Assembly (NCBI GenBank): GCA_963708175.1
Contig: CAVPSD010000006.1
Coordinates: forward strand, 128,031-192,030
Length of the DNA: 64,000 nucleotides
Direction: 5' to 3'
DNA from: an uncultured Acidimicrobiales bacterium
GTDB lineage: Bacteria; Actinomycetota; Acidimicrobiia; Acidimicrobiales; DATKAS01
Below the pieces are notes generated by a model. That model saw only the letters and a list, made by a program, of their open reading frames with translations. It was not told where the DNA came from and did not search any database. Each line of letters begins with the position of its first letter. Position 1 is the stretch's first letter. Below are positions 37,285-47,067 of this stretch, piece by piece. The translations under genes were made by a program, and so were the position numbers.

Positions 37285-37352
37285 GTTCGGATCAGGCGGC
37301 TGTTCGGATCACACCGTCGTTCGGATCACACTGTCGTTCGGATCACCCCGGC
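37285..37352. repeat. 17-bp-period tandem array, 4 copies of the core GTTCGGATCA (TGATCCGAAC on the sigma-gene strand)
   Basis: The cores start at 37285, 37302, 37319 and 37336, exactly 17 bp apart, with 7-nt variable spacers. The array fills the whole 74-nt gap between the RumA-like stop (37343-37345, inside copy 4) and the ECF sigma ATG (37268). Confidence 0.9.
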
Positions 37353-38524
37353 CGATCGAACCTGGTCACGACCTCGACATGGGGCGTGTGCGGGAAGAGA
37401 TCGACGAGCGTCGAGCGCCGATGGGAGAAGCCGAGGCCGCTGAGCACAGCGACGTCACGACCGAGCGACGCCGGATCACAGCTCACGAGGACAAGCCGGG
37501 TCGCCCCGGTCGCGGCGAGCCGGGCCGCCGCCTTCCCGCCGAGGCCTGGCCGCGCCGGGTCGGCCACCACGACCCGGGCCGGCACCGGGTTCCACGTCGC
37601 CACCTCGGAGCGCACCACCTGCGCGGCGGTGCCGAGGTTGTCGCGGGCATCGCGCACGGCCGGGCCGTGACGCTCGACGGCCACCACCTTGCGGTCGCCG
37701 CCGAGGAGGCCCGCGAACAAGCCCACGCCGCAGTAGGCGTCGACGAAGGTGCCCCGCTCGGCGCCGTCGACGAACTCGTCACGGACGGCAGCGACGAGAG
37801 CCGCGGCGCCGTCGGCTCGCGCTTGGAAGAACGAAGTCGCCGAGACCGCGAAGCGCCGCCCCTCCACGATCTCGTGGAAGCGCGCCGTTCGCCCTCGCTT
37901 CACCTCGTTCTCGCCGATCACCACGACGTCGTCGGGGACCTCGACGTTCCTGGCGGTGGGCGAGCCGAGCACGAGGCGTTCCCCTGTCGCGGCTCCGCAA
38001 CGCAGCGTCACCTCGCGTGCATCGCCGAAGCGGCCGATCCGGATGAGCTCGTCGATCCGCGGGTGGGCGACGAGGCACGTGCCGATGTCGACGATGTCGT
38101 GACTGCGGTGAGCCCGGAACCCGGCGCTCCCCTCCCGAACACCCATGCGCACGGTCGTCCGGTAACCGGACGCGGGGAGGGCAGGGCCCGTCGCGACGTC
38201 GGCGTGCGTCAGCCGCCCGATCCTTCGCAGCGCGTCGACGACGATGTCTCGCTTCAGCTCGACTTGCACGGCGGGGTCGATGTGCTGCCATCCGCACCCC
38301 CCGCATCCCGCGGCGACGAACGGGCACGGCGGCCCGGCCCGACCCGCGGCCGGCTCCTCCACCGTGACCACGACGGCCCGCGCGTAGTCGACGTGCTCGT
38401 CGAACACATCGACGTCCACGAGCTCACCCGGCAGAGCGCCCTCCACGAACACGACTCGGCCATCCTCGTCGCGGGCGAGGGCTGCGCCACCAGCAGCCAT
38501 CGCGGTCGGTCGGAGGCGGAGCAT
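37343..38524 (-). CDS. Class I SAM-dependent RNA (uracil-5-)-methyltransferase, RumA/TrmA family
   Basis: ATG at 38524 (MLRLRPTAMAAGG...). TRAM-like N terminus, Cys cluster CPFVAAGCGGCGWQH, FFQ, SAM motif DAYCGVGLF, and VSCDPASL. The upstream 310 codons of ORF 37343..39454 are the antisense shadow of rpe. Confidence 0.8.
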   Translation of the reverse strand: MLRLRPTAMAAGGAALARDEDGRVVFVEGALPGELVDVDVFDEHVDYARAVVVTVEEPAAGRAGPPCPFVAAGCGGCGWQHIDPAVQVELKRDIVVDALRRIGRLTHADVATGPALPASGYRTTVRMGVREGSAGFRAHRSHDIVDIGTCLVAHPRIDELIRIGRFGDAREVTLRCGAATGERLVLGSPTARNVEVPDDVVVIGENEVKRGRTARFHEIVEGRRFAVSATSFFQARADGAAALVAAVRDEFVDGAERGTFVDAYCGVGLFAGLLGGDRKVVAVERHGPAVRDARDNLGTAAQVVRSEVATWNPVPARVVVADPARPGLGGKAAARLAATGATRLVLVSCDPASLGRDVAVLSGLGFSHRRSTLVDLFPHTPHVEVVTRFDRPG

Positions 38525-38530
38525 CAGTCG

Positions 38531-38536
38531 AGCGTA
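38531..38536 (-). promoter_or_regulatory. Candidate -10 hexamer (TACGCT) for a leaderless RumA-like gene
   Basis: A TANNNT hexamer on the minus strand ends 6 nt before the ATG at 38524. Confidence 0.4.
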
Positions 38537-38554
38537 CGGCGTGGCGGGGCGGCG

Positions 38555-38560
38555 TAACGT
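38555..38560 (+). promoter_or_regulatory. Candidate -10 hexamer (TAACGT) for leaderless rpe
   Basis: A TANNNT hexamer ends 7 nt before the in-frame GTG at 38568 (VQPIAIIPSVL...). This favours 38568 over 38541 as the rpe start. Confidence 0.4.
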
Positions 38561-38567
38561 CGGGTTC

Positions 38568-39254
38568 GTGCAGCCGATCGCGATCATCCCGTCCGTGCTC
38601 CCGATCGACCAGGGACGACTCACCGAAGGAGTGATCGAGCTCGAGAAGGCCGGCTGCGACCGCGTGCAGTTCGACGTGATGGATGGCCAGTTCGTACCGG
38701 TGATCACCTTCGGGGCCGATGTGATCGGCGCGATCCGCTCCGAGGTGAGCGTGCCGTTCGAGGCGCACCTCATGATCGAAGCTCCCGAGCAGATGCTCGC
38801 GCCGATGTTCGCCGCCGGCTGCGAGACGCTCATCGTGCACGCCGAGACGACGCGGCATCTCCACCGCACCCTCGGCGCCGTGCGGGATCTCGGCGCACGC
38901 GCGGCCGTGGCGATCAATCCGGCGACCCCCGCATCAGCTGTCCAGAACGTCCTCGACGTCGTCGACCATGTGCTCGTCATGACGGTCAACCCGGGCTGGG
39001 GCGGCCAGAAGTACATCTCGACGATGGAGGCCAAGATCGCCGAGGTCGCGCGGATGATCGAGGCCAGCGGCTTCGAGGTCGGCATCGAGGTCGACGGCGG
39101 CATCGGTCGAGACACGGTCGCCGGTGCGGTCACTGCAGGTGCGAACCTGCTCGTCGCCGGCAGCGCGCTCTTCCGCGATCCCGAAGGCCTCGGCCACGCG
39201 GTGTCAGACCTGCGGGCCCGCGGCGTCGCCGCGGAACAGGCCCGGTCAGCCTGA
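38568..39254 (+). CDS. rpe: Ribulose-phosphate 3-epimerase
   Basis: IIPSVLPIDQGRL, DVMDGQFVP, HLMI, VMTVNPGWGGQKYI, EVDGGI. The start is the GTG at 38568 (preferred) or 38541. Confidence 0.9.
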   Translation: MQPIAIIPSVLPIDQGRLTEGVIELEKAGCDRVQFDVMDGQFVPVITFGADVIGAIRSEVSVPFEAHLMIEAPEQMLAPMFAAGCETLIVHAETTRHLHRTLGAVRDLGARAAVAINPATPASAVQNVLDVVDHVLVMTVNPGWGGQKYISTMEAKIAEVARMIEASGFEVGIEVDGGIGRDTVAGAVTAGANLLVAGSALFRDPEGLGHAVSDLRARGVAAEQARSA

Positions 39255-42200
39255 GACCAGCGCCTCGACCTCCGCACACGCAGCCTCGAGATCGGTGAGG
39301 TCTCGTTCGAGACACCGCGCCGGACCCGCGAAGAGGAACGCACATCGCTCGACCGAGCGTCCGAGCGAACGCCGCACTGCCAACGTGTACGCAGCCGCCT
39401 GCAGCCGGTAGCGGCCGATCGCCTCGTCAGCGTCGGCCTCGCTGCGCACGCCATCGGTCTTGTAGTCGACGACGATCAGCCCACCCGCTTCGGTCTCGTA
39501 CAGCAGGTCGATGAAGCCCTCGAGCACACGGTCACCGATCGGCACGGCGACGAAGACCTCACGCCAGTAGCGATCACTCGCGACTGCCGCTCGCACGCTG
39601 GGGGACTCGAGCACACCGCGGGCGCGACGGGCGATGTCGCCGGCCAGGTCGTGCACACCTTCGGCCGCTGCCTGCGCAGCCGCGAGGTCGTCGACACCCG
39701 CACCTGTCGCCAGATCGACGGTTTGGAGCACCGCGTGCACGGCGCGACCGATGGCGGTGCCTGCCCGGCCGCGCCGCCACGGCGGTTCGTCTTCGGCTCG
39801 CTCATCCGCTTCGTCCGGCGTGGCGTCGACGATGTCGTCGGCGACCCCGTCGTCCGTCGGCGCCCTCGTCGGCGCCCTCGTCGGCCGTCTCGACGAGTTG
39901 ACGAGCCAGATGCTCGAGGCGCGTCGCCGCCACCGCGGGTGAACGTCCGAGCCGCTCGATTGCGGCAGCACGCGCGACGACCCAGGCTTCGCGCTCGTTC
40001 GGCGCGTCGGGTGACGGGACGAGCTCGATGGGCAAATCGGTGCCCTTCGCCAGGAGAGGCGTCGCTTCGAGCTTCGGCACCACGGGACAACGAGGCGCGA
40101 TCTCCCTCGCCAGCGTGTCGAGGCTCGGAGACGGTCGGAAGAGGCTCAGCACGAGGCGGTCGCGCGCTCTGGTCATCGCGACATACGCGAGCCGCACTCG
40201 TTCCGCTCTGAACGCGGCGCTCTCGTCGGTCCAGAGGTCCTTGTACTTGGCCGTCTCGAAGAGATCTCCCTTCTGGGCGCCCGCCTTCACCTCGGGGCCG
40301 TCCGGGCCCCAGAGCACCGGCGGCCCGAGGGCCCGATAGCGCGAGTTGAGACCCATCAGCACCACGATCGGGAACTCGAGACCCTTCGACGCGTGCACCG
40401 TGAGGATGCGGACGGCGTCGTCGTCTGGGTCGGGGGCGATCGCGTCGTTGACCCATACGTCTCGCTCGGCCTGCTCCCGTGCCCACGCCACGAACTCTTC
40501 GATCGATGTGCCGCCCGCGGCCTCGAACGCCCGCGCCTGCGCGAGGAAGAACTCGACGCGGCGCCAGCGGTCACGAGGGCGGGCGTGGGCGAAAGCGAGC
40601 TCGCGCAGGTGGCAGACGTCGATGACCCGCCGCACCATCTCACCGATCGACAGCCAGTGACGGTCGCGATGAAGGCCATTGAGCACCGCCATCGCCGCGG
40701 CAACCGGATGGCTCGGGTCGATGGAAACGTGCTCAGCTGACAGGTAGCTCCAGCGACCGTCGTGCCATCTCCACGTGGCGAGATCGACGTCCGAGCACGC
40801 GAGACCGGGTGAGCGGAGGGCCGCGACGACCGCCACGTGGTCGTTCGGATCGCTGATCGCACTGAGCACCGCCAGCAGGTCTCGGACCTCTGCGGTGTTC
40901 CAGATGAGCATGCGACTCTCGACGCGAGCAGGGATGCCGGCGGCGTCGAGACCGTGATCGAGCGCGGGCAGCGTCGCCCGAGTCGGCATCAGTACCGCGA
41001 TGTCGGAGTAACGCGCCGGACGAAACTCGTCCTTCCCGACCCGGACCCTCCACCCTTCGCGCTTGGCTTGCGCGACGACGCGCACCACCTCTTCGGCCTC
41101 GCGGGCGCGCACCTCGGCGGTCGGGAGGTCAGCGAGCTCCACGCCGATCGTGACCACCGCGGGACTCGAGTCGTGGTCCGCCACGTGCGCGGTCAGCGGC
41201 ACATACTCCGGTTGGGCGGCGGTGTCTGGCTCGTTCATCCACTCGGAGAACAACCCGTTGACGAAATCGACGATCGAGGCGACGGTCCGGAAGTTCTCAG
41301 TGAGGTGGAGCGCGGGGTGGGCGAACACCTTCTGAGCGCGGCGATAGAGCTCGACGTCGGCCCGGCGGAACCGGTAGATCGACTGCTTCGGGTCGCCGAC
41401 GAAGAAGAGCCGACCCGCGTCTGCAGGCGTGAGCGGGTCGTCCCACCATGCGCGCGAAGCGATGTCCGGCCGAGACGACGCCAGCAGCACTGCGATCTCG
41501 ATCTGCAGCGGGTCAGTGTCCTGAAACTCATCGATCAGGATCCGCTCGTACGCGACGCGGGACGCCGCGCGCACGTCGTCGTGACGCAGCGCGTCGCGCG
41601 CGAGCACGAGCAGGTCGTGAAACAGCAGCTGCCCCTCGCTCATGCGCTCGTCTGCCCACTCGAGCACCGAAGCCGCAAACGCAGGGACGAGGGCAGTGAT
41701 GGCGTCACGGCGAAGGTCGAACAGCAGGCCCTTGAGGGCCTTCTTCGCGGCAGATGCGCCCTTCTTCGGCAGGACCCCCTCGGTTCGCAGAACGTCGATG
41801 CGCGTCTCGTCGCTGTCGGCCTTCTGCGCTCGGGCGATGTACTCGTCGAGCACCGGCTCGCCGTCGGTCTTCAACACCGAGAGCGGCTGCACGAACGACG
41901 AGATGTCGACCGGTGGCAGCTCGACCCTCTGCGCCGGCCATGCCCACGAGACGTCGGACTCGCGGAGGCGGTCGTAGCTCTGGTGGAGCGCGTAGAGGAT
42001 CTCTCGGATGCGGCCGGGCGTGAGGCCGAGCTCGACCGCGTGGACGACAACGGGGGCGAGCTCGCCCTTCGGATCGAACAGCCGCGCCGCGAGCTCGCGC
42101 CATCTCTGTTCGAGGTGTATCGCCTCGCCCACCTCGTCGAGCACCTCGAAGCGAGGGGGCACGCCGACCGCCAGTCCGTGCTGGGTGAGCAGCCTGCGAG

Positions 42201-42509
42201 CAAATGCATGCAACGTCGACATCGGCGCCTCGCCCAAGACCGCGAGCGCCGCATCACCTGCGGGGGTGCGACGACCTTCGAGCTCTTCGCGCACGCGTAC
42301 CCGCAGCTCGGCCGCCGCCTTCTCCGTGAAGGTGATGGCCGCGATCCTGCGGACGTCGATGCCCGATTCGACGAGCGCACACACCCGATTGACGAGGACG
42401 GTCGTCTTCCCGGACCCCGCGCCCGCCTCGACAAAGAGCGTGTGCACAAGGTCGTCCGCGACTGTGGCGCGGACGACCTTGTCCTCGGCGCGCGCTCGAC
42501 GTCAGTCAT
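39246..42509 (-). pseudogene. AddA/RecB-like UvrD-family helicase with C-terminal PD-(D/E)XK nuclease, frame broken twice
   Basis: The ATG at 42509 overlaps the addB-like stop (ATGACTGA), but the frame breaks about 20 nt later (42486-42497) before ...DDLVHTLFVEAGAGSGKTT. The helicase body is ORF 39802..42447. The second break is near 39849-39861, inside an ADEGADEGAD repeat. The nuclease domain (GFIDLLYE...VVDYKTD...YRLQAAAY) is in ORF 39246..39971. Confidence 0.75.
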
Positions 42510-45500
42510 CCTCGGGCTCTTCCTCGACCTCGGCGGGCTTGCTCAGCTCACGGAAGGTGGCGAGCTCGTCTGCGTGCTGGAGGCGATCCCAGGCCCGATC
42601 GCGGTCGGCCGGACAGATCCGGTCGTACTCGCACCATTTGCAGTTCTCGAACGAGAACCACTCCTCCTTGCCCGGGTGGGCTGGGAAGACACCGTCGCCG
42701 ATGCCCACCGAGATGGTGTCGAGCGTCTGAAGAAAACGTTCTCGGATCGGTTCGTCGATGGGGATGATCACGTCTTTCCATCCGCCCTTCGACGAGACGT
42801 ACCAGTAACCCGCGTCGACGGCGACCGACGGCTCGAACTCGGCCTGCGCGGCGAGACCGTAGATCGGCAGCTGCAGGAGGGTGCCGGATGCGATGCCAGC
42901 GCGGACCTCGCGTTCGTTCGAGTTCGTGCCGGTCTTGTAGTCGATGACACGTAGACGGTCGTGGAGCCGATCGACCCGGTCGATCTTCCCCTTGAATCGC
43001 AGCGTCTGCCCGCTCGGGAGCTCGATCGTGAACGGCTTCTCGACCTTGTCTCCGAACTCGTGCTCGACGGCGACGAGCTCGACGTCGGCCGCGTCGGTGT
43101 CGAGCGTGCGCAGCACGTCGCGAAGGATGCGGTTCTTCTCGACGTCCCAGAGGATCTTGTAGGGAGCGCTCCCGCGTCGCTCGAACTCGTCGAGCACGTC
43201 GCGAGTCACGTCCTCGACGACCTCTCGCGCCGTGGCTGTCCAGGAGAGCTCGTCCAGCGGGAGCTGCATCTGATCGGCCTTGGTGAGATAACGCTTGAGG
43301 TGCTCACGGCCGAGCCGTTCGAGGATCTCGTGCACGAGAGTTCCGCGGTGGCGCGCTTCGAGCTCGTCGACGTCATCGATGTCGTCTTGCTCGCGAACGT
43401 GGAGGACGTTCTTGAACAAGTAGTGCGCCGGGCAGCCGGCCCACGTTTGGAGGGCCGTCGCAGACAGCTCGGTGTCGTCGATCGCGAGCTCGGCGTGTGG
43501 CCCGACGTTGCCCTCCCATTCAGTGAAGGCGTCGCTCAGCCGCGCTGCGATCGCGGCAAAGCCGCGTGCGAGCCTCGGGTCTGCCTCGAGGAGCCGAGAG
43601 CAAGCGAGTGCCTCGGTCGGAAGCTGCCGCAGCTCGCGGAGATCACGCTCGTGCAGTGATGCCGGCGGGCCAATCGGACTCGAGAGCTCGGCATCGAACG
43701 ACTCGATGGTCGCGACGTGGTCACGCGGCTCGGACGCCAGCCATGGCGCCTGGTGGGCGGCCTGGCCCCCTGCGGCCCGGGGGGTGAGCAACCACCGGAC
43801 CGGGGCCGACGCCGTCGCCGCCAGATACGTGCGGCGCTCGTCTCGCGCCCGCGCCTGCGGAGCGAACGGCGATGCGATCGCGTCGCGTTCGGCCGGTGAG
43901 AGGACGGCGCTTTCGAGGCCGGTTGGCGGGAAGTCACCCTCGGCCATGCCGAGGACGACGACAACGTCGAGGTCGACACCGACCGTGTGCCGCAAGGGAC
44001 CACAGAGGACGCCGTGACCGAAGAGGCCTCGGCGACCCGCCGGCCCCGCCAGCATCGCGGTGAGATGCGATGCGGCGGCCGCGCGGCTGATCGGCCCCGG
44101 TTCGACGTCGACCAACGATCGGAGGCCCTCGACCGCACGCTCGACGGCGTCGTACGCAGTGAGCTCTGCCTCAGGCCAACGCCGGCGCGCCGCCGATGAC
44201 CCCAGCGTCCTGGCGAGGAACCTCCCCGCCCAATCGGCCCAGGCCGCCCACGATTCGCGCTCGTCGACACCGCACTCCGCGACGAGCCATGCGACGTACT
44301 CGGCGAGGAGGGGCGCATCCTCGTCGAGCTCGGTGACGCGCTGGCCGAGGCGATCCGTCCACTGGTCAGGACCGCGGACGACTCCTGCCCGCAAGGCCGT
44401 GCGCGCCCACCGCGCCGACTTGAGGCGCCCTCCGTTGGCCCTCAGCGGCGCCGCGCTCATCCATCGCATGACCGACGCGCGGCTGAAGTCGTCGGCGGCG
44501 AGCACGAGCGCGCCGAGCAACGTGCGCCCGGCGACCGACTGGGCGAGCGTGGGCACCGACGGCCCGTGCATCGGGATGCCGGCCGCTCCGAGCTCTTCGT
44601 CGAGCAGCCGGGCATATGGCTCGCGCTGGCGGTAGATCACGCCGATTCGGTGCAACGGCCGACCGGCCTCGAGCTCGGCCGCGATGACCCGCATCGCCTC
44701 GCGCACCTCGCCGGGGGCGTCGGGCGCGCTCACGACTGTCGTCGTCGACTGCGTGATCGCCGCGAGCGCAGTCACCCCTCCCAACCGAGCCGACAGCCGC
44801 TCGACGAGCTGCCGTGCGTCGGCGTCGGCATGATCCTCCCCCGTGACACCGATGACGGCCCACAGCCGGTCGATCACCGCGAGCGCCTCGACGAGCGCGA
44901 GCTGGCCATGCGTGAGCCGGTGCGGGAGATGGAGGATCACCTGGCCGACGTCACGCAGATCGGTGGTGCCATGTGCGACTGCGTGCGCGGCCGCAAGCGC
45001 GACGTCGTGCTCGTCGTAGAACGACCCGACGGCGAGAACGCGAAAGCGCTCCGCCATCGAGGCGAGCTCGTACCCGCGGCGACTGAAGCCGCGGAGATCG
45101 CCGATGGCGTCGGGGCCTGACGCTTGGAGCTCGTCGAGGAACTCGACGACGGCGCGTTCGGTGTTCTCGGCCGCGGCAACGCGCTCGAGCGGCGCAGGCC
45201 GCCCGGCCAGAACCTGCCGCACGAGCGCGGCCTTCACCGCGTCGTCGAGTGGTCGCCGCCCCTGCGCAGCGAGCGCGCCCGCACCGAGCAGCTCGGCCAG
45301 CCGATCGAGCACGAAGAAGCGGACGTTCACGAGACCGCGCCCACGCGCTCCGAGCCGACGCCGCAGCGCGAGCCCGGTGAGGTTGCCGGGCACGATCACC
45401 GTGACGGGGCTGAGGGGATCGCCGCCCTTGGCGGCCGCGATGGTGTCGGCGAGTGCGGCGGTGGCCGCGGCCCCGAAGGGCACGCTCAGCAAGCGCGTCT

Positions 45501-45519
45501 GCACTCTCGACGGCCCCAC
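42502..45519 (-). CDS. AddB-like PD-(D/E)XK nuclease subunit (inactive-helicase scaffold plus Fe-S nuclease)
   Basis: An intact 1005-aa ORF with no Walker A at the N terminus. The C-terminal nuclease has RVIDYKTG and the Cys cluster FENCKWCEYDRICP. Confidence 0.75.
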   Translation of the reverse strand: MGPSRVQTRLLSVPFGAAATAALADTIAAAKGGDPLSPVTVIVPGNLTGLALRRRLGARGRGLVNVRFFVLDRLAELLGAGALAAQGRRPLDDAVKAALVRQVLAGRPAPLERVAAAENTERAVVEFLDELQASGPDAIGDLRGFSRRGYELASMAERFRVLAVGSFYDEHDVALAAAHAVAHGTTDLRDVGQVILHLPHRLTHGQLALVEALAVIDRLWAVIGVTGEDHADADARQLVERLSARLGGVTALAAITQSTTTVVSAPDAPGEVREAMRVIAAELEAGRPLHRIGVIYRQREPYARLLDEELGAAGIPMHGPSVPTLAQSVAGRTLLGALVLAADDFSRASVMRWMSAAPLRANGGRLKSARWARTALRAGVVRGPDQWTDRLGQRVTELDEDAPLLAEYVAWLVAECGVDERESWAAWADWAGRFLARTLGSSAARRRWPEAELTAYDAVERAVEGLRSLVDVEPGPISRAAAASHLTAMLAGPAGRRGLFGHGVLCGPLRHTVGVDLDVVVVLGMAEGDFPPTGLESAVLSPAERDAIASPFAPQARARDERRTYLAATASAPVRWLLTPRAAGGQAAHQAPWLASEPRDHVATIESFDAELSSPIGPPASLHERDLRELRQLPTEALACSRLLEADPRLARGFAAIAARLSDAFTEWEGNVGPHAELAIDDTELSATALQTWAGCPAHYLFKNVLHVREQDDIDDVDELEARHRGTLVHEILERLGREHLKRYLTKADQMQLPLDELSWTATAREVVEDVTRDVLDEFERRGSAPYKILWDVEKNRILRDVLRTLDTDAADVELVAVEHEFGDKVEKPFTIELPSGQTLRFKGKIDRVDRLHDRLRVIDYKTGTNSNEREVRAGIASGTLLQLPIYGLAAQAEFEPSVAVDAGYWYVSSKGGWKDVIIPIDEPIRERFLQTLDTISVGIGDGVFPAHPGKEEWFSFENCKWCEYDRICPADRDRAWDRLQHADELATFRELSKPAEVEEEPEDD

Positions 45520-45583
45520 CCGGCTCCATGACGCAAAGGTAGCGAGGGGGTGTGACAGCCACGATGGACGGGGCCGTGACCAG

Positions 45584-45785
45584 CCTCAGCCGACATCGAC
45601 GCGAGCAGCGAGCCGATCAGAAAGCCCACGAGGCCGAGCTGCAGGGTTCCCCTGCGCCCGAAACGGTCGCCGATCGCGCCAGCGGTGAAGAAGAGCCCGG
45701 CGAAGACCAGTGAGTAGGAGGCGATCGACCACTGCAGCTGCGACGTCGTCGCGTGCAGCTCGCGGGAGAGGGTCGGGATAAGGCT
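45584..45785 (-). pseudogene. Remnant of an MFS (DHA2-like) transporter, about 67 codons of the TM1-TM3 region only
   Basis: LIPTLSRELHATTSQLQWSIASYSLVFAGLFFTAGAIGDRFGRRGTLQLGLVGFLIGSLLASMS matches the conserved N-terminal MFS motif (GxLxDRxGRR). There is no upstream TM1/start and no downstream body, because the addB-like start follows. Confidence 0.6.
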
Positions 45786-45895
45786 CGTCCTACTCTTGCG
45801 CCTCGTGCCGTATGACACAACCTGACAAATTTCACAGAGCGTCAGAAGGTGAGGTGCCGCGGCCAGGGATTCGGGCTGTGCCACCCTCTCGACAC

Positions 45896-46315
45896 ATGCG
45901 TCGCGTCATGGTCGCCGGGTTGCTCGTCGCCAGCTTCGGGCTGCTCTCGGCCTGCGGAGGAGACGACAGCGCCGCGCCGAGCGACAGCACCCAGTACTGC
46001 GACGCCGTCCGGGCCGGGCAGGGATCCCTGTCGGGCGACGTCCAAGATCCGACCGCCGCCCAGGCAGCCGTCGCCGCGTTCGACGACCTCGTGGCGACCG
46101 CTCCAGCCACGATCCGAGACGACGTCCGGACCGTCGCCGGGCTCATCGACAAGATCGCCGCCGCGGATCCGACCGACAAGGACGGCGTCGCCAGCCTCTT
46201 CGCCGCCGCGCTCGACCCATCGTTCCTGGCGGCGAGCAAGCGGATGCAGCAGTTCACTCAGGAGCAGTGCGGCATCGACCTCAGTGGCGCGGCTCCGTCG
46301 CTGACGACGCCTTAG
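45896..46315 (+). CDS. Lipoprotein, function unknown
   Basis: MRRVMVAGLLVASFGLLSAC|GG lipobox. 139 aa, Ala/Asp-rich, with two further Cys. Confidence 0.65.
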   Translation: MRRVMVAGLLVASFGLLSACGGDDSAAPSDSTQYCDAVRAGQGSLSGDVQDPTAAQAAVAAFDDLVATAPATIRDDVRTVAGLIDKIAAADPTDKDGVASLFAAALDPSFLAASKRMQQFTQEQCGIDLSGAAPSLTTP

Positions 46316-46324
46316 GGCGCAGCG

Positions 46325-46927
46325 TCAGATCACTTCCCCGCGCTTCAGGATCACGTGGTCGATGAGGCCGTAGTCCTTGGCCTGCTCGGCGGTGAACCAC
46401 CGGTCGCGCTCGGAGTCGAGCTCGATCTGCTCGACAGTCTGGCCCGTGTGGAACGCGATGCGCTCGGCCATCAGCCGCTTGATGTAGGCGAGCTGCTCGG
46501 CCTGGATCGCGATGTCGGACGCCGGACCCCGGATCCCGCCGGAGGGCTGGTGCATCATGATCCGCGCGTGCGGCAGCGCATAACGCTTGCCCGCAGCACC
46601 GGCTGAGAGCAGGAACTGACCCATCGACGCGCCGAGACCCATGCAGATGGTGGCGACGTCGCTGCGGATGAACTGCATCGTGTCGTAGATCGCCATGCCA
46701 GCGGTGATCGAGCCGCCGGGCGAGTTGATGTACAGCCAGATGTCCTTCTCGGGATCCTGGCCCTCGAGATACAGGAGCTGCGCGGTGACGAGGTTCGCCA
46801 TGTCGTCGTTCACGTCCGTGCCGAGGAAGACGATGCGCTCCTTCAACAGGCGGTTGTAGATGTCCATCCGCTCGAGGGCGGTTCCCTCCTGCTGCGCGGC
46901 AGGAGTGAAGAGGTCGCGCTGATCCAT
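46325..46927 (-). CDS. clpP: ATP-dependent Clp protease proteolytic subunit
   Basis: [57 protein letters not shown] (Ser), IMMHQP (His). ATG at 46927. Confidence 0.9.
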   Translation of the reverse strand: MDQRDLFTPAAQQEGTALERMDIYNRLLKERIVFLGTDVNDDMANLVTAQLLYLEGQDPEKDIWLYINSPGGSITAGMAIYDTMQFIRSDVATICMGLGASMGQFLLSAGAAGKRYALPHARIMMHQPSGGIRGPASDIAIQAEQLAYIKRLMAERIAFHTGQTVEQIELDSERDRWFTAEQAKDYGLIDHVILKRGEVI

Positions 46928-46975
46928 GCGTCGCAGGCTACCGGGGATGGTCGCGGGTACCGTCCTCACGACGCC

Positions 46976-47057
46976 GCGGGCGTGGCGGAACTGGCAGACG
47001 CGCCGGGTTTAGGTCCCGGTGGAGTGATCCGTGAGGGTTCGAGTCCCTCCGCCCGCA
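46976..47057 (+). tRNA. tRNA-Leu, anticodon TAG (class II, long variable arm)
   Basis: Acceptor gcgggcg/cgcccgc, anticodon stem ccggg/cccgg with loop ttTAGgt, variable arm tggagtgatccgt, T arm gaggg-ttcgagt-ccctc, discriminator A. CCA is not fully encoded. Confidence 0.85.
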
Positions 47058-47067
47058 CCCGCCTTGC

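Noticed and set aside
37343-39454. Reading the full 703-aa ORF as one protein
   Set aside because: The first ~310 codons are antisense to rpe and Ser/Arg/Thr-rich. The methyltransferase starts at the ATG at 38524.
40837-42954. 705-aa plus-strand ORF, and similar long ORFs at 60542..61753, 61569..63044, 54501..55739, 51424..52662 and 10216..11202
   Set aside because: All are antisense or out of frame relative to genes with clear family motifs. Their composition is dominated by Arg/Ala/Gly/Pro.
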